From positions 352,001-416,000 of the forward strand of contig CBDEFO010000008.1 in NCBI GenBank assembly GCA_965237525.1: DNA of 64,000 nucleotides, in the 5' to 3' direction. The translations under genes and the position numbers were made by a program. Within the stretch, counting starts at the first letter, position 1; each line of letters starts with the position of its first letter. Positions 52,264 to 63,014 of the stretch are shown piece by piece. Origin of the DNA: Candidatus Latescibacterota bacterium. Its GTDB lineage: Bacteria; Latescibacterota; CBDEFO01. Under the pieces are notes generated by a model. It was not told the DNA's origin, did no database searches, and saw nothing but the letters and a program-made list of their open reading frames with translations.

Positions 52264-53198
52264 GTGTATATGTCAAGTAAGACTCTGAGTTTATTTGAGT
52301 TAATGCAGATTTCCCCAGATGCCAAAAGCGCGAGAGAATATCTCGAATCAAGAGGATGGAAGGAACATACCATTTGCCCGCTCTGCGGTGATTATGAGCG
52401 CATCACCGCGAGAGGCGGGAAGCGCACTGGATATTATCGCTGTCGCGACTGTAACGAAGAGTTCACTGTGCGCACCAAAACCATCTTTGAGCGTTCCCAT
52501 GTTCCTCTTCATAAGTGGATATACACCATGTACATGGTGGTTACGGCTCGGAAAGGCGTCTCTTCCCTTCAGATGTCCAAAGAGATTGGCGTCACTCAGA
52601 AGACGGCGTGGTTCATGTTGCAGCGCCTCCGGGAAGCATGTGGCGACGATCTCTCGAAGCTGAATGGCATCGTTGAAATAGACGAACCCTATGTTGGCGG
52701 CAAGGAGGCCAACAAGCACGCATCGAAGAAGCTCCGAGCGGGGCGGGGAACAGTGGGGAAACAGGCCGTCTTGGGTTTTCGCGAGCGTGATGGCAAGTCA
52801 GTGGCGCGTCCGATTGCAGGCACGAACAGTGCCGTTCTTCATCGAGAAGTCGCCAAGACGGTTGAGTTGAGTTAGGCTCTGCGATTCATACTGACGACCA
52901 TCTCGGCTATCAGGCGCTTCTCGGCTATATTCACAAGCACATCCGTCACGGTGCAGGGGAGTATGTAGGCTCTGGCGATGTTACAACCAACAGCGTCGAG
53001 AGCATGTGGGCACTTTTCAAGCGCGGACTCTATGGCACATGGCATCAGGTCAGCCGGAAACATCTGGCGCGATATGTGAACGAATGCACGTTCCGCCTGA
53101 ATGAGGGCAATGTCAGATTCGATACCAAGGATCGACTGAACAGCTTCGCTGATCGCGCCTTTGGCCGTCGTCTCACCTATGCAAGGTTGACTGCGTGA
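52264..53198 (+). pseudogene. IS1595 transposase, frameshifted
   Basis: A 5-bp tandem duplication GTTGA at 52861-52870 separates VEIDEPYVGG from IHTDD..NSVESMWA. Confidence 0.9.
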
Positions 53199-54274
53199 GC
53201 CCTCTACGAAAGCAAGTTCCAAAGGAGCTTGATCGAATTGTCGATCAAGTGCTTACCTACAACTGTCCAGCAGACAGGTCGGAAGACTTCCGCTTCATCG
53301 ACCTGTTCGCCGGGATCGGCGGAATGCGCCGCCCGTTTGAGGAAATCGGCGGGCGTTGCGTGTTCACGTCAGAGTGGGATCGGTTCTGCAAGGAAACCTA
53401 CACCGCGAACTTCCCGGAGCCAGCAGACAGCGATCACGAGTTCATTGGTGACATACGGCCTTGTGCGGTGAATCCGGAAACCGTGCCGACACATGATGTT
53501 GTGTTGGCCGGGTTCCCGTGCCAACCGTTTTCGATAGCCGGTGTGTCGAAAAAGAATTCGCTCGGTCATCCTCACGGCTTCCTGTGCGATACGCAGGGAA
53601 CGCTCTTCTACGATCTGGCAAAGATCATCGACTACCATCGGCCCTCGGCCTTTCTCCTTGAGAATGTGAAGAACCTTGCCCGGCATGACGGTGGTCGGAC
53701 ATTCACAACAATCATGCAGGTTCTTGAAAGTGAGCTTGGCTACAATGTGAGCACCCGAATCGTGAATTCCTCTCCGTGGGTCCCACAGAAGCGCGAACGG
53801 ATTTTCATGGTAGGGTTCAGGCAAAAGACGGCCTTTGATTTCGACGAACTGGCAATACCGACAGGTTGTGCACCGACTCTCGGAGCCATCCTCGATACGG
53901 ATGTTGACCCCAAGTACACACTCACCAAGCACATGTGGAATTACCTTCAGGGCTACAAGAAAAAGCATCGGGACGCAGGCAACGGGTTCGGCTATTCGCT
54001 GTTCGGCCCTGATGATGTTGCCCGCACTCTCTCTGCCCGCTACCATAAGGACGGATCGGAGATACTCATCAGACACAGGGGCAGGCGTCCCCGCCGCCTG
54101 ACCCCGCGAGAATGCGCACGTCTGATGGGATTCGAGAAACCCGGCAAGGCTGAGTTCAGGATTCCGGTGTCCGACACCCAAGCCTATCGACAGTTCGGCA
54201 ACGCCGTGGTTGTTCCCACTGTGCGGGCCGTGGCCCGACTCATGAGGCCCCACATTTCCATGAACCAGGCGTGA
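53195..54274 (+). CDS. dcm: DNA cytosine-5 methyltransferase, Dcm/M.EcoRII-like
   Basis: FIDLFAGIGG, AGFPCQPFSIAGVSKKN, LENVKNL, QKRER, TLSARYHKDGSE, QFGNAV. Confidence 0.93.
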   Translation: MSPLRKQVPKELDRIVDQVLTYNCPADRSEDFRFIDLFAGIGGMRRPFEEIGGRCVFTSEWDRFCKETYTANFPEPADSDHEFIGDIRPCAVNPETVPTHDVVLAGFPCQPFSIAGVSKKNSLGHPHGFLCDTQGTLFYDLAKIIDYHRPSAFLLENVKNLARHDGGRTFTTIMQVLESELGYNVSTRIVNSSPWVPQKRERIFMVGFRQKTAFDFDELAIPTGCAPTLGAILDTDVDPKYTLTKHMWNYLQGYKKKHRDAGNGFGYSLFGPDDVARTLSARYHKDGSEILIRHRGRRPRRLTPRECARLMGFEKPGKAEFRIPVSDTQAYRQFGNAVVVPTVRAVARLMRPHISMNQA

Positions 54275-54285
54275 CCAACTGATTC

Positions 54286-54759
54286 ATGGCTGCCGATAGT
54301 GTGACGCCGGATGTTCGCAGTCGGATGATGGCCGGGATCAGGGGCAAGAATACGAAACCGGAGTTGGCAATCCGGTCTGCATTGCATTGCCTCGGTTTCC
54401 GGTTTCGCCTACACCGCAAGGATCTGCCGGGAAAGCCCGACCTAGTGTTCGCGAAGCACAAGGCGGTGATTTTCGTTCACGGGTGTTTCTGGCACGGCCA
54501 TGACTGCCACCTGTTTAAATGGCCGAAGACCAAGGGTGAATTTTGGAAACAGAAGATCAATTCAAACATCGCGCGGGATCGCAAGCAGCTATTGGCCCTC
54601 GCGGACAGCGGATGGCGTGTGGCGGCGATCTGGGAATGCGCTCTCAAAGGCCGGACGCGCCTTCCGATTGAGGTAATCGCAGAGCGTTGCGCGATTTGGC
54701 TGGAATCGAACGAAAACGAACTGAGGTTGAGCGGTGATGAAACGTGGACAGCTGCGTGA
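54286..54759 (+). CDS. vsr: very short patch repair endonuclease
   Basis: RSRMMAGIRGKNTKPE, LPGKPD, FVHGCFWHGH, IWECAL. Confidence 0.95.
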   Translation: MAADSVTPDVRSRMMAGIRGKNTKPELAIRSALHCLGFRFRLHRKDLPGKPDLVFAKHKAVIFVHGCFWHGHDCHLFKWPKTKGEFWKQKINSNIARDRKQLLALADSGWRVAAIWECALKGRTRLPIEVIAERCAIWLESNENELRLSGDETWTAA

Positions 54760-55967
54760 CTATTTTGCTGGGGTGGGCGTAAAGAGGCTGTCTGCCGTGG
54801 ATGCCGACTCTACAAGATCAAGATCAAACCAGCACGAGGTGGGTACCACGTTAGACATGCGACGTCAGTTTCTTGGCGAGGATGATAAAACCCGATTTCC
54901 GGTGGTTTATGTCTGGCTGGGTCAGGAGCAGGACGGCTTTACAGCCCAAGGCGATGCGACTCATTACGATGCACGGGCAATGAAGACCGACCGGGGACCG
55001 GAGTGGCGTCTCTACTATTCTTCCAATCCGGTCACGGAAGCCATGCAGAAAGGCGACACGCTGTTTCTGGCGTTGACAACCGACCGGGTTCTCTACTTTG
55101 TCGTCGCGCCGGCAGGCTCGACCAGCGAACGGGAACTCTCCTGGCTCTTTAGTTTACACCCCGCTGGGATATCCTTCGTGTCGCGCGAGTTCGACGACGA
55201 CGAGCGGGAACTGGACTTTGCAGCCCGTTTCCTATTTGACGAGATTGGAATGGAGTTCGAGGAGCGGGACGCGGACAGACTTGACAGCATCATCGACAGG
55301 TTCGGCACGGCGTTTCCGAAAACTGTGGAGTTCTCGGATCTTGCCCGCCGTACCCTGTCTGAGGTTAGGGCCGAGGACGATCCCGATATAGCGCTTGTGG
55401 CTTGGATAGACCACGAGGAAGCGCTGTTTCGGCGTCTTGAACGACGGATTGTAGCGACACGTCTTGAGGAAGGATTTATCGATGGGAACGGGACCGATGT
55501 GGACGGTTTCATGCGGTTCTCGCTGAGTGTCCAGAACAGAAGAAAGTCGCGCATGGGTCATTCTCTGGAGCATCATCTGGAGGAGGTATTTCGAGCCTAC
55601 GACATTACGCATGTTCGTGGTGCCGTGACTGAGAACAACCAAAAGCCGGATTTTCTGTTTCCCAGCAAGGAAGCCTATCGGGCCGCTCCGGAAACCGGCG
55701 ATGCATGCCTGACCATGTTGGGGGCCAAATCCACCTGCAAGGATCGCTGGAGGCAGGTCCTAGCCGAAGCGGCGAAGATACCGAGAAAGCATCTTCTGAC
55801 GCTTGAACGAGGCATTTCCGAGCCGCAGACAACCCAGATGGCGAATTCAAGACCTGCAACTCGTTGTACCGCAATCGCGTCAGGGTAGCTATACGGACGA
55901 CCAACGGGCTTGGCTTTGGAATCTTGCGGAGTTCATTCGAGACGTAGAGGCTCGCGCGTGCAAGTAG
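54734..55967 (+). pseudogene. EcoRII-C-like type II restriction endonuclease, frameshift near C-terminus
   Basis: SNQHE, NRRKSRMG.SLE, KPDFLFP, AKSTCKDRWRQV. Extra base near 55849; LQLVVP tail continues in another frame to TAG 55967. Confidence 0.85.
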
Positions 55968-56317
55968 ATGCATGTTCGTACATGTTGTATTCGTGCCCCT
56001 GAACATTGTCTTGTCCTCCGTCTTTTCAAGCCATTCGTTTGGGAGTCAACTATATAATTCCCTATTAATTGAAGGAAGAGGAAGGAAGATGATTTATGGG
56101 CATATTTCTAATCACCATTTCCTTAATACTGATTTACATAACAAGGTACGCATGGAACCATCCGCTGAATAGACCTCAAGCATTTCGATTTATGAGAAAG
56201 GTTTCTCTTCTTTCCATTGGGTTATTAATTGTCGGAATTTATGTAGCATTTAAGTGATTTTATGCATGGAATTAGTGAAATCCGGTTTGGATAAGCTATC
56301 CCAAGAGAGGGATAACA

Positions 56318-56698
56318 ATGTTAAGCAAGTGGGTTCCAATACGTTTCATAATAACGCAGTGGATACCGCTAATATTTATATTCGAGTTACCCAACAATTC
56401 GTGGGGTCTGTTAATAAAAATAGTGCTCGGATTGTGGCTTTTACAGACTCTCAAATCGGCGTTCTCACCTATGTTTGATAAACGAGTGTCTGGCTTTGGA
56501 GCAGGTATATTCTTGAAATCCCTTTGGTTTTCACTGATTTGGCTTTTAGCACCGCACTGGTCTATTTATATCTTCTTGTTTCTCCTTGTTAGCTCTTTCG
56601 ATACAATGTTTTGGATGATAGATAAACATAATAAAGAATATATGAGTGCTCTATACGATGAACTTAAAAAGAACGTAGAGGGCGAGGATGATAGATAA
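56318..56698 (+). CDS. hypothetical membrane protein
   Basis: AT-rich hydrophobic ORF with GAGG RBS. Confidence 0.45.
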   Translation: MLSKWVPIRFIITQWIPLIFIFELPNNSWGLLIKIVLGLWLLQTLKSAFSPMFDKRVSGFGAGIFLKSLWFSLIWLLAPHWSIYIFLFLLVSSFDTMFWMIDKHNKEYMSALYDELKKNVEGEDDR

Positions 56699-56752
56699 AC
56701 GTAATGAAGAATATATAAGTGCAGGAGAGTGAGATTTTAAAAGAGCTTGCCA

Positions 56753-58906
56753 CTAATTCACGGTGTTCTTGAAGTCCACAGTCCTGCCCTGACCGTCAGT
56801 CAGTCGCCCATCGTCCAGGACCTGGAGCAGGACGTTAAAGACATCTTGGTGCGCCTTTTCTATCTCATCCAACAATATGAGCTGATATGGACGCCTGCGC
56901 ACAGCTTCGGTCAACTGTCCGCCCTCTTCGTAGCTGACGTACCCCGGAGGCGCGCCGATCATCCTGGACACAGAGTGCTTCTCCATATATTCGGACATGT
57001 CAATCCTGACCATAGCCCCCTCATCGTCGAAGAGGAACTCGGCTAAAGCCCTTGCAAGCTCCGTCTTGCCCACGCCCGTAGGTCCCAAGAACAGGAACGA
57101 ACCTATGGGCCTCTTCTGGTCTCCCAATCCGACTCTGTTCCTGCGAACGGCGTTGGACACTGCCTCGACGGATTCGTCCTGCCCGATGACCCTTTTGTGG
57201 AGTCTGCCCTCCATATGAGTCAGCTTTTCTACCTCGCCCTCCAAGAGCCTGGAGAGGGGGATCCCCGTCCACTTGGCGACGACCTCGGCAACTTCCTCAT
57301 CGCTTACCTCCTCCCTTATTAAGGGCTTATGCTCCTGAATCTTTAGAAGCTTGTTATTTTCCGCCCCTAATTGTTCTCCAAGCTCGATCTGTTCTCCGTA
57401 TTTTAACCTTGCCGCCCGTTCGTAGTCACCTTCCCTTTCCGCTTCAGCCTCCTGGATCTTGACCTGTTCTATGCGCTCCTTGATCTGGCGTATCCTGGCC
57501 ACGACCTCCTTTTCCCGCTCCCACTGGCTCTTCAGAACACTTCTCTCCTCGTTCAGATCGGCCAATTCCTTCTCGATAGGCTTCAACCTCTCCGCAGCAT
57601 CCTTTTCCCTCTTTACGGCCTCGCGCTCGATCTCAAGCTGTCTCAACTTCTTTTCGATGACGTCCAACTCTTCGGGCATGCTGTCTATCTCGATCCTCAG
57701 TTCAGCCGCCGCCTCGTCGATCAGATCTATCGCCTTATCTGGCAGAAAACGATCCGTGATATACCTCTCCGAGAGGAGAGCCGCGGCCACCAGCGCCGAG
57801 TCCTCAACCCTCACGCCGTGATGAATCTCGTACCTCTCCTTAAGACCCCTTAAGATAGATACCGTATCCTCAACCGAAGGCTCGCTTACCAGTACGGGCT
57901 GAAATCTCCTCTCCAGTGCGGCGTCCTTCTCCACGTTCTCACGATATTCATCCAGCGTAGTCGCCCCGATGCACCTTAATTCCCCCCTTGCAAGGGCCGG
58001 CTTGAGCATGTTGGAGGCATCCATCGACCCCTCTGCTGCTCCCGCACCCACTATGGTGTGCAGCTCATCTATAAACAGGATGATGCTCCCACCGGCCTTC
58101 TCAACTTCCTTTAGAACGGCCTTTAACCTATCCTCAAATTCGCCCCTGAACTTTGAACCAGCGATCATAGATCCGAAGTCCAAGGCCACGACCTTCCTGT
58201 CCTTCAATGACTCAGGCACGTCCCCTGAAACGATCTTCTGAGCAAGACCCTCAGCTATAGCCGACTTGCCCACGCCCGGCTCTCCTATCAGTACAGGATT
58301 ATTCTTTTTCCTCCTGCTTAGTACCTTAATCACGCGTCTTATCTCATCCTCACGCCCTATAACGGGATCGAGTTCCCCCTGCCTTGCCAGCTCGGTTAAG
58401 TCCCGGCTGTATCTTTCTAGCGCCTGGTACTTCGACTCAGGATCGGGATCTGTCACCCTTTGACCTCCTCTTATCTTGGTCAACACATCAAATATCTTGT
58501 CTTTACTTACACCCAGCGACCTCAATATCCTTCCGCCCGGCCCATCATAGCCCTCGTCAGCGATAGCGATTAAAAGATGCTCTGTGGATATGAACTCATC
58601 CTTTATCCTGTCTGCCTCTTTCTCCGCAGCTCTCAATACTCTATTTAAGCCCTGACTCAGATAGGCCTGTCCCGTCCCGCCGTACATCCTCGGCAGGCGG
58701 TCCAGCTCGTCCACAACCTGTGACTTTACGACTGCCGGGTCTATATTCAACTTGCTCAAGATCTGCGGCGCAACACCGTCCGATTGATCCAACAGGGCAT
58801 ATAATAAATGTTCAGCTTCAATTTGACTTTGATTTCGATCCTCCGCATCCCTCTCTGCCGCAACGACAGCCTCCCGGGCTTTTTCTGTGAACTTATCGAT
58901 GTTCAT
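56753..58906 (-). pseudogene. clpB: ClpB chaperone, 3'-truncated
   Basis: GEPGVGKS, M-domain, [17 protein letters not shown]; ends at VDFKNTVN* where IIMTSN and the C-terminal domain should follow. Confidence 0.9.
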
Positions 58907-58937
58907 GGGATAGATACCTTTTTTCCTTACACATGGG

Positions 58938-59059
58938 AAATTGCTTCGGGGCTTCGCCCCTTGCAATGACTAAGGGTGAAAGCCAAGCGATGTCATTGCG
59001 AGGCGGCGTGGCCGCTTTGCTGGCGAGGCAACAAGCCACGAAGTGCGAGAAGCAATCTC
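58938..59059. repeat. GTCATTGCGAG...GAAGCAATC-type intergenic palindromic element
   Basis: attgcttc..gcaatgac / gtcattgcg..gaagcaatc inverted arrangement. Confidence 0.65.
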
Positions 59060-59095
59060 AAGGATGCGCGACAGTGCCGCTGTGTACTGTCTACC

Positions 59096-61015
59096 TCACT
59101 CTACAACCTCGAAGTCCGCATCCACAGCGCCTTCGTCGTCTTTCTTCTTGCCGGCCGGCTCTTGCTGCTGCGGTTGTTCCTCTTGGCCGTCGCCTCCGGG
59201 CTGGCTCTGATCGGCTGCGGTCTCCTTGTACATCTCACCTGCCACCTGATGCCAGACCTGATTCAGCGCCTCACTGGCGGAGTTAATCTCGTTTACGTCA
59301 GATCCCTTGAGAGCCTCCTTAACCCGGCCGATAGCGGCTTCGAGCTTCGACTTCGAGTCGGGGCTGATCTTATCCTGCATCTCCTTTAGGTTCTTTTCCG
59401 TCTGATAGACCTGCTGATCGGCCTGATTTCTGGCGTTGATTTCCTCCCTATGTATTTTATCCTCAGACTCGTGCACTTTGGCATCTTTGACCATCCTTTC
59501 GACCTCAACCTCCGAAAGCCCTGAGGACGCCTCTATCCTTATGCTCTGCTCCCTTTCCGTGGCTTTATCCTTGGCAGACACGTTCAGAATGCCGTTCGCA
59601 TCTATGTCAAAGGTGACCTCGATCTGAGGCATGCCCCTTGGGGCGGGAGGCATGCCGTCCAGATGAAATCTGCCCAGCGTCCTGTTATCGACCGACATCT
59701 CGCGCTCACCTTGGAGCACGTGTATCTCCACCGATGTCTGGTTGTCATCTGCTGTGCTGAATATCTGGCTCTTCTTTGTGGGTATCGTCGTATTGCGCTC
59801 GATTAGCTTTGTAGTAACGCGCCCTAACGTCTCGATGCCAAGTGAAAGAGGAATCACATCCAAAAGCAGAACGTCCGTAACGTCTCCAGTGAGCACGCCG
59901 CCCTGAATGGCAGCCCCTAAGGCTACCACCTCGTCAGGATTGACGCCCTTGTGGGGTTCCTTTGCGAAAAGCTCCTTTACAAGTTGCTGTACCCTCGGCA
60001 TTCTGGTCTGTCCGCCCACTAATATGACCTCATCTATATCGGAGGGCGAAATTTCGGCATCTTTGAGCGCCTGTTGGCAGGGACCCATCGTCCTTTCTAC
60101 AAGATCGTCCACCAACTGTTCTAATTTAGCCCTCGTCAAATTTATGTTTAGGTGCTTAGGGCCAGTCTGGTCAGCTGTTATGAACGGCAGATTAATGTCT
60201 GTCTGTGTTGAGCTGGAGAGCTCACATTTTGCCTTCTCCACCGCCTCTTTGAGCCTCTGAAGCGCCATGGGGTCTTTTCTGAGGTCGATGCCCTCCTGCT
60301 TCTTAAACTCGTCAGCTAACCAGTTCATGATCTTTTCGTCAAAGTCGTCCCCACCCAGGTGTGTATCTCCGTTTGTAGCTTTGACCTCAAATACGCCATC
60401 GCCTAATTCCAGTATAGAAATATCGAACGTCCCACCCCCAAGGTCATAGACAGCTATCTTCTCATCCTTTTTCTTATCCAGACCGTAAGCTAAAGAAGCC
60501 GCTGTCGGCTCGTTGATAATCCTTAAGACTTCCAGCCCGGCGACCTTTCCGGAGTCCTTGGTCGCCTGCCTTTGACTGTCGTTGAAATACGCTGGAACCG
60601 TGATTACTGCCTGAGTCACCTTCTCTCCGAGATAGTCCTCAGCCGTCTGCTTCATCTTCTGGAGCACCATAGCCGAAATCTCAGGAGGCGTGTACTCTCC
60701 GCCTTCAACTTCCACAACCGCTAAATCGTTAGTCCCGCTTTCGACTTTGTAGGGAACCTCCTCTATCTCTGTACCAACTTCGTTATATCTGCGCCCCATA
60801 AAACGCTTTATGGAGTAGATAGTGTTCTTGGGGTTTGTGATAGACTGTCTTTTTGCGACCTGTCCGACAAGGCGTTCTCCCTCCTTTGTGAACGCCACCA
60901 CAGAGGGCGTTGTCCTTCCGCCCTCAGAGTTGGGTATCACAACCGGATCTCCGCCCTCCATCACGGCCACACACGAATTGGTCGTCCCTAAATCGATTCC
61001 TATTACCTTTCCCAT
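59096..61015 (-). CDS. dnaK: molecular chaperone DnaK
   Basis: [17 protein letters not shown], full-length Hsp70. Confidence 0.98.
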   Translation of the reverse strand: MGKVIGIDLGTTNSCVAVMEGGDPVVIPNSEGGRTTPSVVAFTKEGERLVGQVAKRQSITNPKNTIYSIKRFMGRRYNEVGTEIEEVPYKVESGTNDLAVVEVEGGEYTPPEISAMVLQKMKQTAEDYLGEKVTQAVITVPAYFNDSQRQATKDSGKVAGLEVLRIINEPTAASLAYGLDKKKDEKIAVYDLGGGTFDISILELGDGVFEVKATNGDTHLGGDDFDEKIMNWLADEFKKQEGIDLRKDPMALQRLKEAVEKAKCELSSSTQTDINLPFITADQTGPKHLNINLTRAKLEQLVDDLVERTMGPCQQALKDAEISPSDIDEVILVGGQTRMPRVQQLVKELFAKEPHKGVNPDEVVALGAAIQGGVLTGDVTDVLLLDVIPLSLGIETLGRVTTKLIERNTTIPTKKSQIFSTADDNQTSVEIHVLQGEREMSVDNRTLGRFHLDGMPPAPRGMPQIEVTFDIDANGILNVSAKDKATEREQSIRIEASSGLSEVEVERMVKDAKVHESEDKIHREEINARNQADQQVYQTEKNLKEMQDKISPDSKSKLEAAIGRVKEALKGSDVNEINSASEALNQVWHQVAGEMYKETAADQSQPGGDGQEEQPQQQEPAGKKKDDEGAVDADFEVVE

Positions 61016-61038
61016 TTTGCTATCCTCCTTTTAAACTG

Positions 61039-61311
61039 CTAAGCTGCGTTCTTAGACAAAGATTCATCCTTTTTGGACGATGTGGATTCTGAATTTTCCT
61101 TATCCGCCTTTTCCGCTTTCCTATAACTTTGGCTGCGATAGTCGGTGCAGTAAAAACCTGACCCTTTGAACAAAAATCCCGCGCCTGCGCCGATTAAGCG
61201 CTTGACCTTTTTGTCGCAAACCGGACATTCCTTAATAGGTTCTTCTGTAATACTCTGAAACCTTTCAAATCTCTTCCCACAGCTTTGACATTCGTACTCG
61301 TAAGTCGGCAT
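61039..61311 (-). CDS. FmdB-family zinc ribbon protein
   Basis: MPTYEYECQSCG..CPVC..FKGSGFY.TDY. Confidence 0.9.
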   Translation of the reverse strand: MPTYEYECQSCGKRFERFQSITEEPIKECPVCDKKVKRLIGAGAGFLFKGSGFYCTDYRSQSYRKAEKADKENSESTSSKKDESLSKNAA

Positions 61312-61741
61312 ATTTTGAACCTCCTTTAAGAATTCAGATTTGAGAATACGCACGTATAATACGTATACATAATACTATATACACGTAATACACGCATAAT
61401 ACGTGCCATTAGAGTAAAAATACCATTTACTTGCTTTATATCATTTATTTTAAGCACCTTATGTAACAGTGTAAGAAAAAGTTCTGACGTCGCCCTGTAA
61501 CTTTCTATCTGCCTATACGACAGATCCACTGTCATGATGACATATACATTACGTCAGACTATGGCATTTATGTCAAGTCTGAGGGAAGTGGTAGACAGGA
61601 GAGACTCGACGCTTGCCGTTAAGATGGAGAAGGTGTATTCATCATGGATTAACTATAGGAATATTAGTTCATCAGTGATGAAAAGATTTGACTCTGCAGA
61701 ATCCCCATTTATATTTATGCATATCAAAAGGAGGATCCACC

Positions 61742-62212
61742 ATGGGATTTGTGAACATAAACACACAGAGGAAGATATTAGATTCAATTCAGTCAGTTTT
61801 GAAGCAGAAACGATGGTCATGGGGTCAATTGGCAAGTGAAGTCGGGATCGCTAAATCGTATATCAGTCAGATCAAGACAGAGACAAATCGTTTGAACGTA
61901 GAAGTCCTTGAGAAGATAGCAAACGCATTGGAGATTCCTGTAGTCTATCTCCTGCCGAAAGCTCCCCTGACCTCTGAAAACCGGAAGCTCATCCTTTCTC
62001 TTTTACAGCTTCCAGACGACATCAGTGATGAGAAACTTCTGAAGATAGCTGAGATAACCAGATTTCTCTCCACCAGGTCACTCCAGCAATTAGATGCGCT
62101 CCTTGCGTTTCTCTCTCCATCGGCATACTCAGAAGGCATTTCTGCAGAGGCTGCCGGTTATGCGAAGGTTGCTGATCAACCTGGAAAATACAACAAGTCC
62201 CAGGACTCATAG
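61742..62212 (+). CDS. XRE-family HTH regulator
   Basis: WSWGQLASEVGIAKSYISQI..LEKIANALEI; AGGAGG RBS. Confidence 0.8.
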   Translation: MGFVNINTQRKILDSIQSVLKQKRWSWGQLASEVGIAKSYISQIKTETNRLNVEVLEKIANALEIPVVYLLPKAPLTSENRKLILSLLQLPDDISDEKLLKIAEITRFLSTRSLQQLDALLAFLSPSAYSEGISAEAAGYAKVADQPGKYNKSQDS

Positions 62213-62695
62213 ACCCACAACGGCCTTATGATCCACAGGGCTAAACGTACTGGTTCTACAGGACCCCCGCTCTGAAGTCCTCCGCATTCATCGGCAGAAG
62301 CAGTTACTCCTACGTAATAAGTAAACTTTGATAACTCCTTCATAGGATATCTATTTTTAGCCACCGCTTTCAGCCCCGCTTAACACAGACACTCCGCAGG
62401 CGGGGCTTCAAAACGCGCCCTGGGCCAAAGGGGAACAAATCGCCTTTGGAGACCCCACAGTAGAAGCGGATGGCATTCATCCAAACTCACCAGTGTTGGT
62501 ATTCTCCAATTATGTTTATAAAGGAGGCAGTTAATTTTTGCTTATATCTACATCAGCAACTAATTCATGTAATACGAAACTTATTCTTGATATTTCATTA
62601 CTCATGAACTATATTTATCAACGAGACAGGCTGAAATGAAGAGTTCAAACTGAGGTTCGCTACTGCAAAGATAAAAGATCCTTGAGATAAGGTTA

Positions 62696-62905
62696 GTGCT
62701 GTTGAGAAAGATTACAAAACACCAGTTAGAGGCACTGGAACTGAGAGTCCAGGGTCTTACGTACAAAGAGATAGCCGAGAGAATGGGAACCCGTCGAGAC
62801 AGCGCCCGGCAGTCGGTCGCATCCGCTATGATCAGGATTCGAAGTTGGTATGCGTCCGATCGTAACTGCGGTATATCGCTTGTTAAAGAGTCGAGAAAAC
62901 GTTAA
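62696..62905 (+). CDS. small LuxR/sigma70-r4 type HTH protein
   Basis: QGLTYKEIAERMG. Confidence 0.55.
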   Translation: MLLRKITKHQLEALELRVQGLTYKEIAERMGTRRDSARQSVASAMIRIRSWYASDRNCGISLVKESRKR

Positions 62906-63014
62906 GCCTAGAAAAAGATATTGATTTATTTGGTTAAATGTCTTAAATTATTTATGTCTATGACATTGCGATCCAGTTTGCTGTAAGAATAGCATCATTT
63001 AAGGAGAATCAAAG

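Larger units (their letters stand above)
52205..56062 (+). mobile_element. IS1595-family transposon E carrying dcm-vsr-EcoRII-like genes
   Basis: 21-bp IRs gggaattatata(c/g)ttgactcc at 52205-52225 and 56042-56062; no matching TSD. Confidence 0.9.

Noticed and set aside
39023..56070. Target-site duplications for units B, C and E
   Set aside because: The 8-bp flanks (tacaaaat/tagtatct; aagcagaa; taataaaa/tattaatt) do not match each other.
39031..56760. Intact prophage
   Set aside because: Only the terminase module is recognisable and it is interrupted; no integrase, portal, tail or lysis genes.
62220..62670. IS200/IS605- or IS1-like remnants (agccccgc..gcggggct hairpin; ttcaaactgagg..ctac)
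   Set aside because: No transposase or TnpB motifs; similarity too short to support a call.
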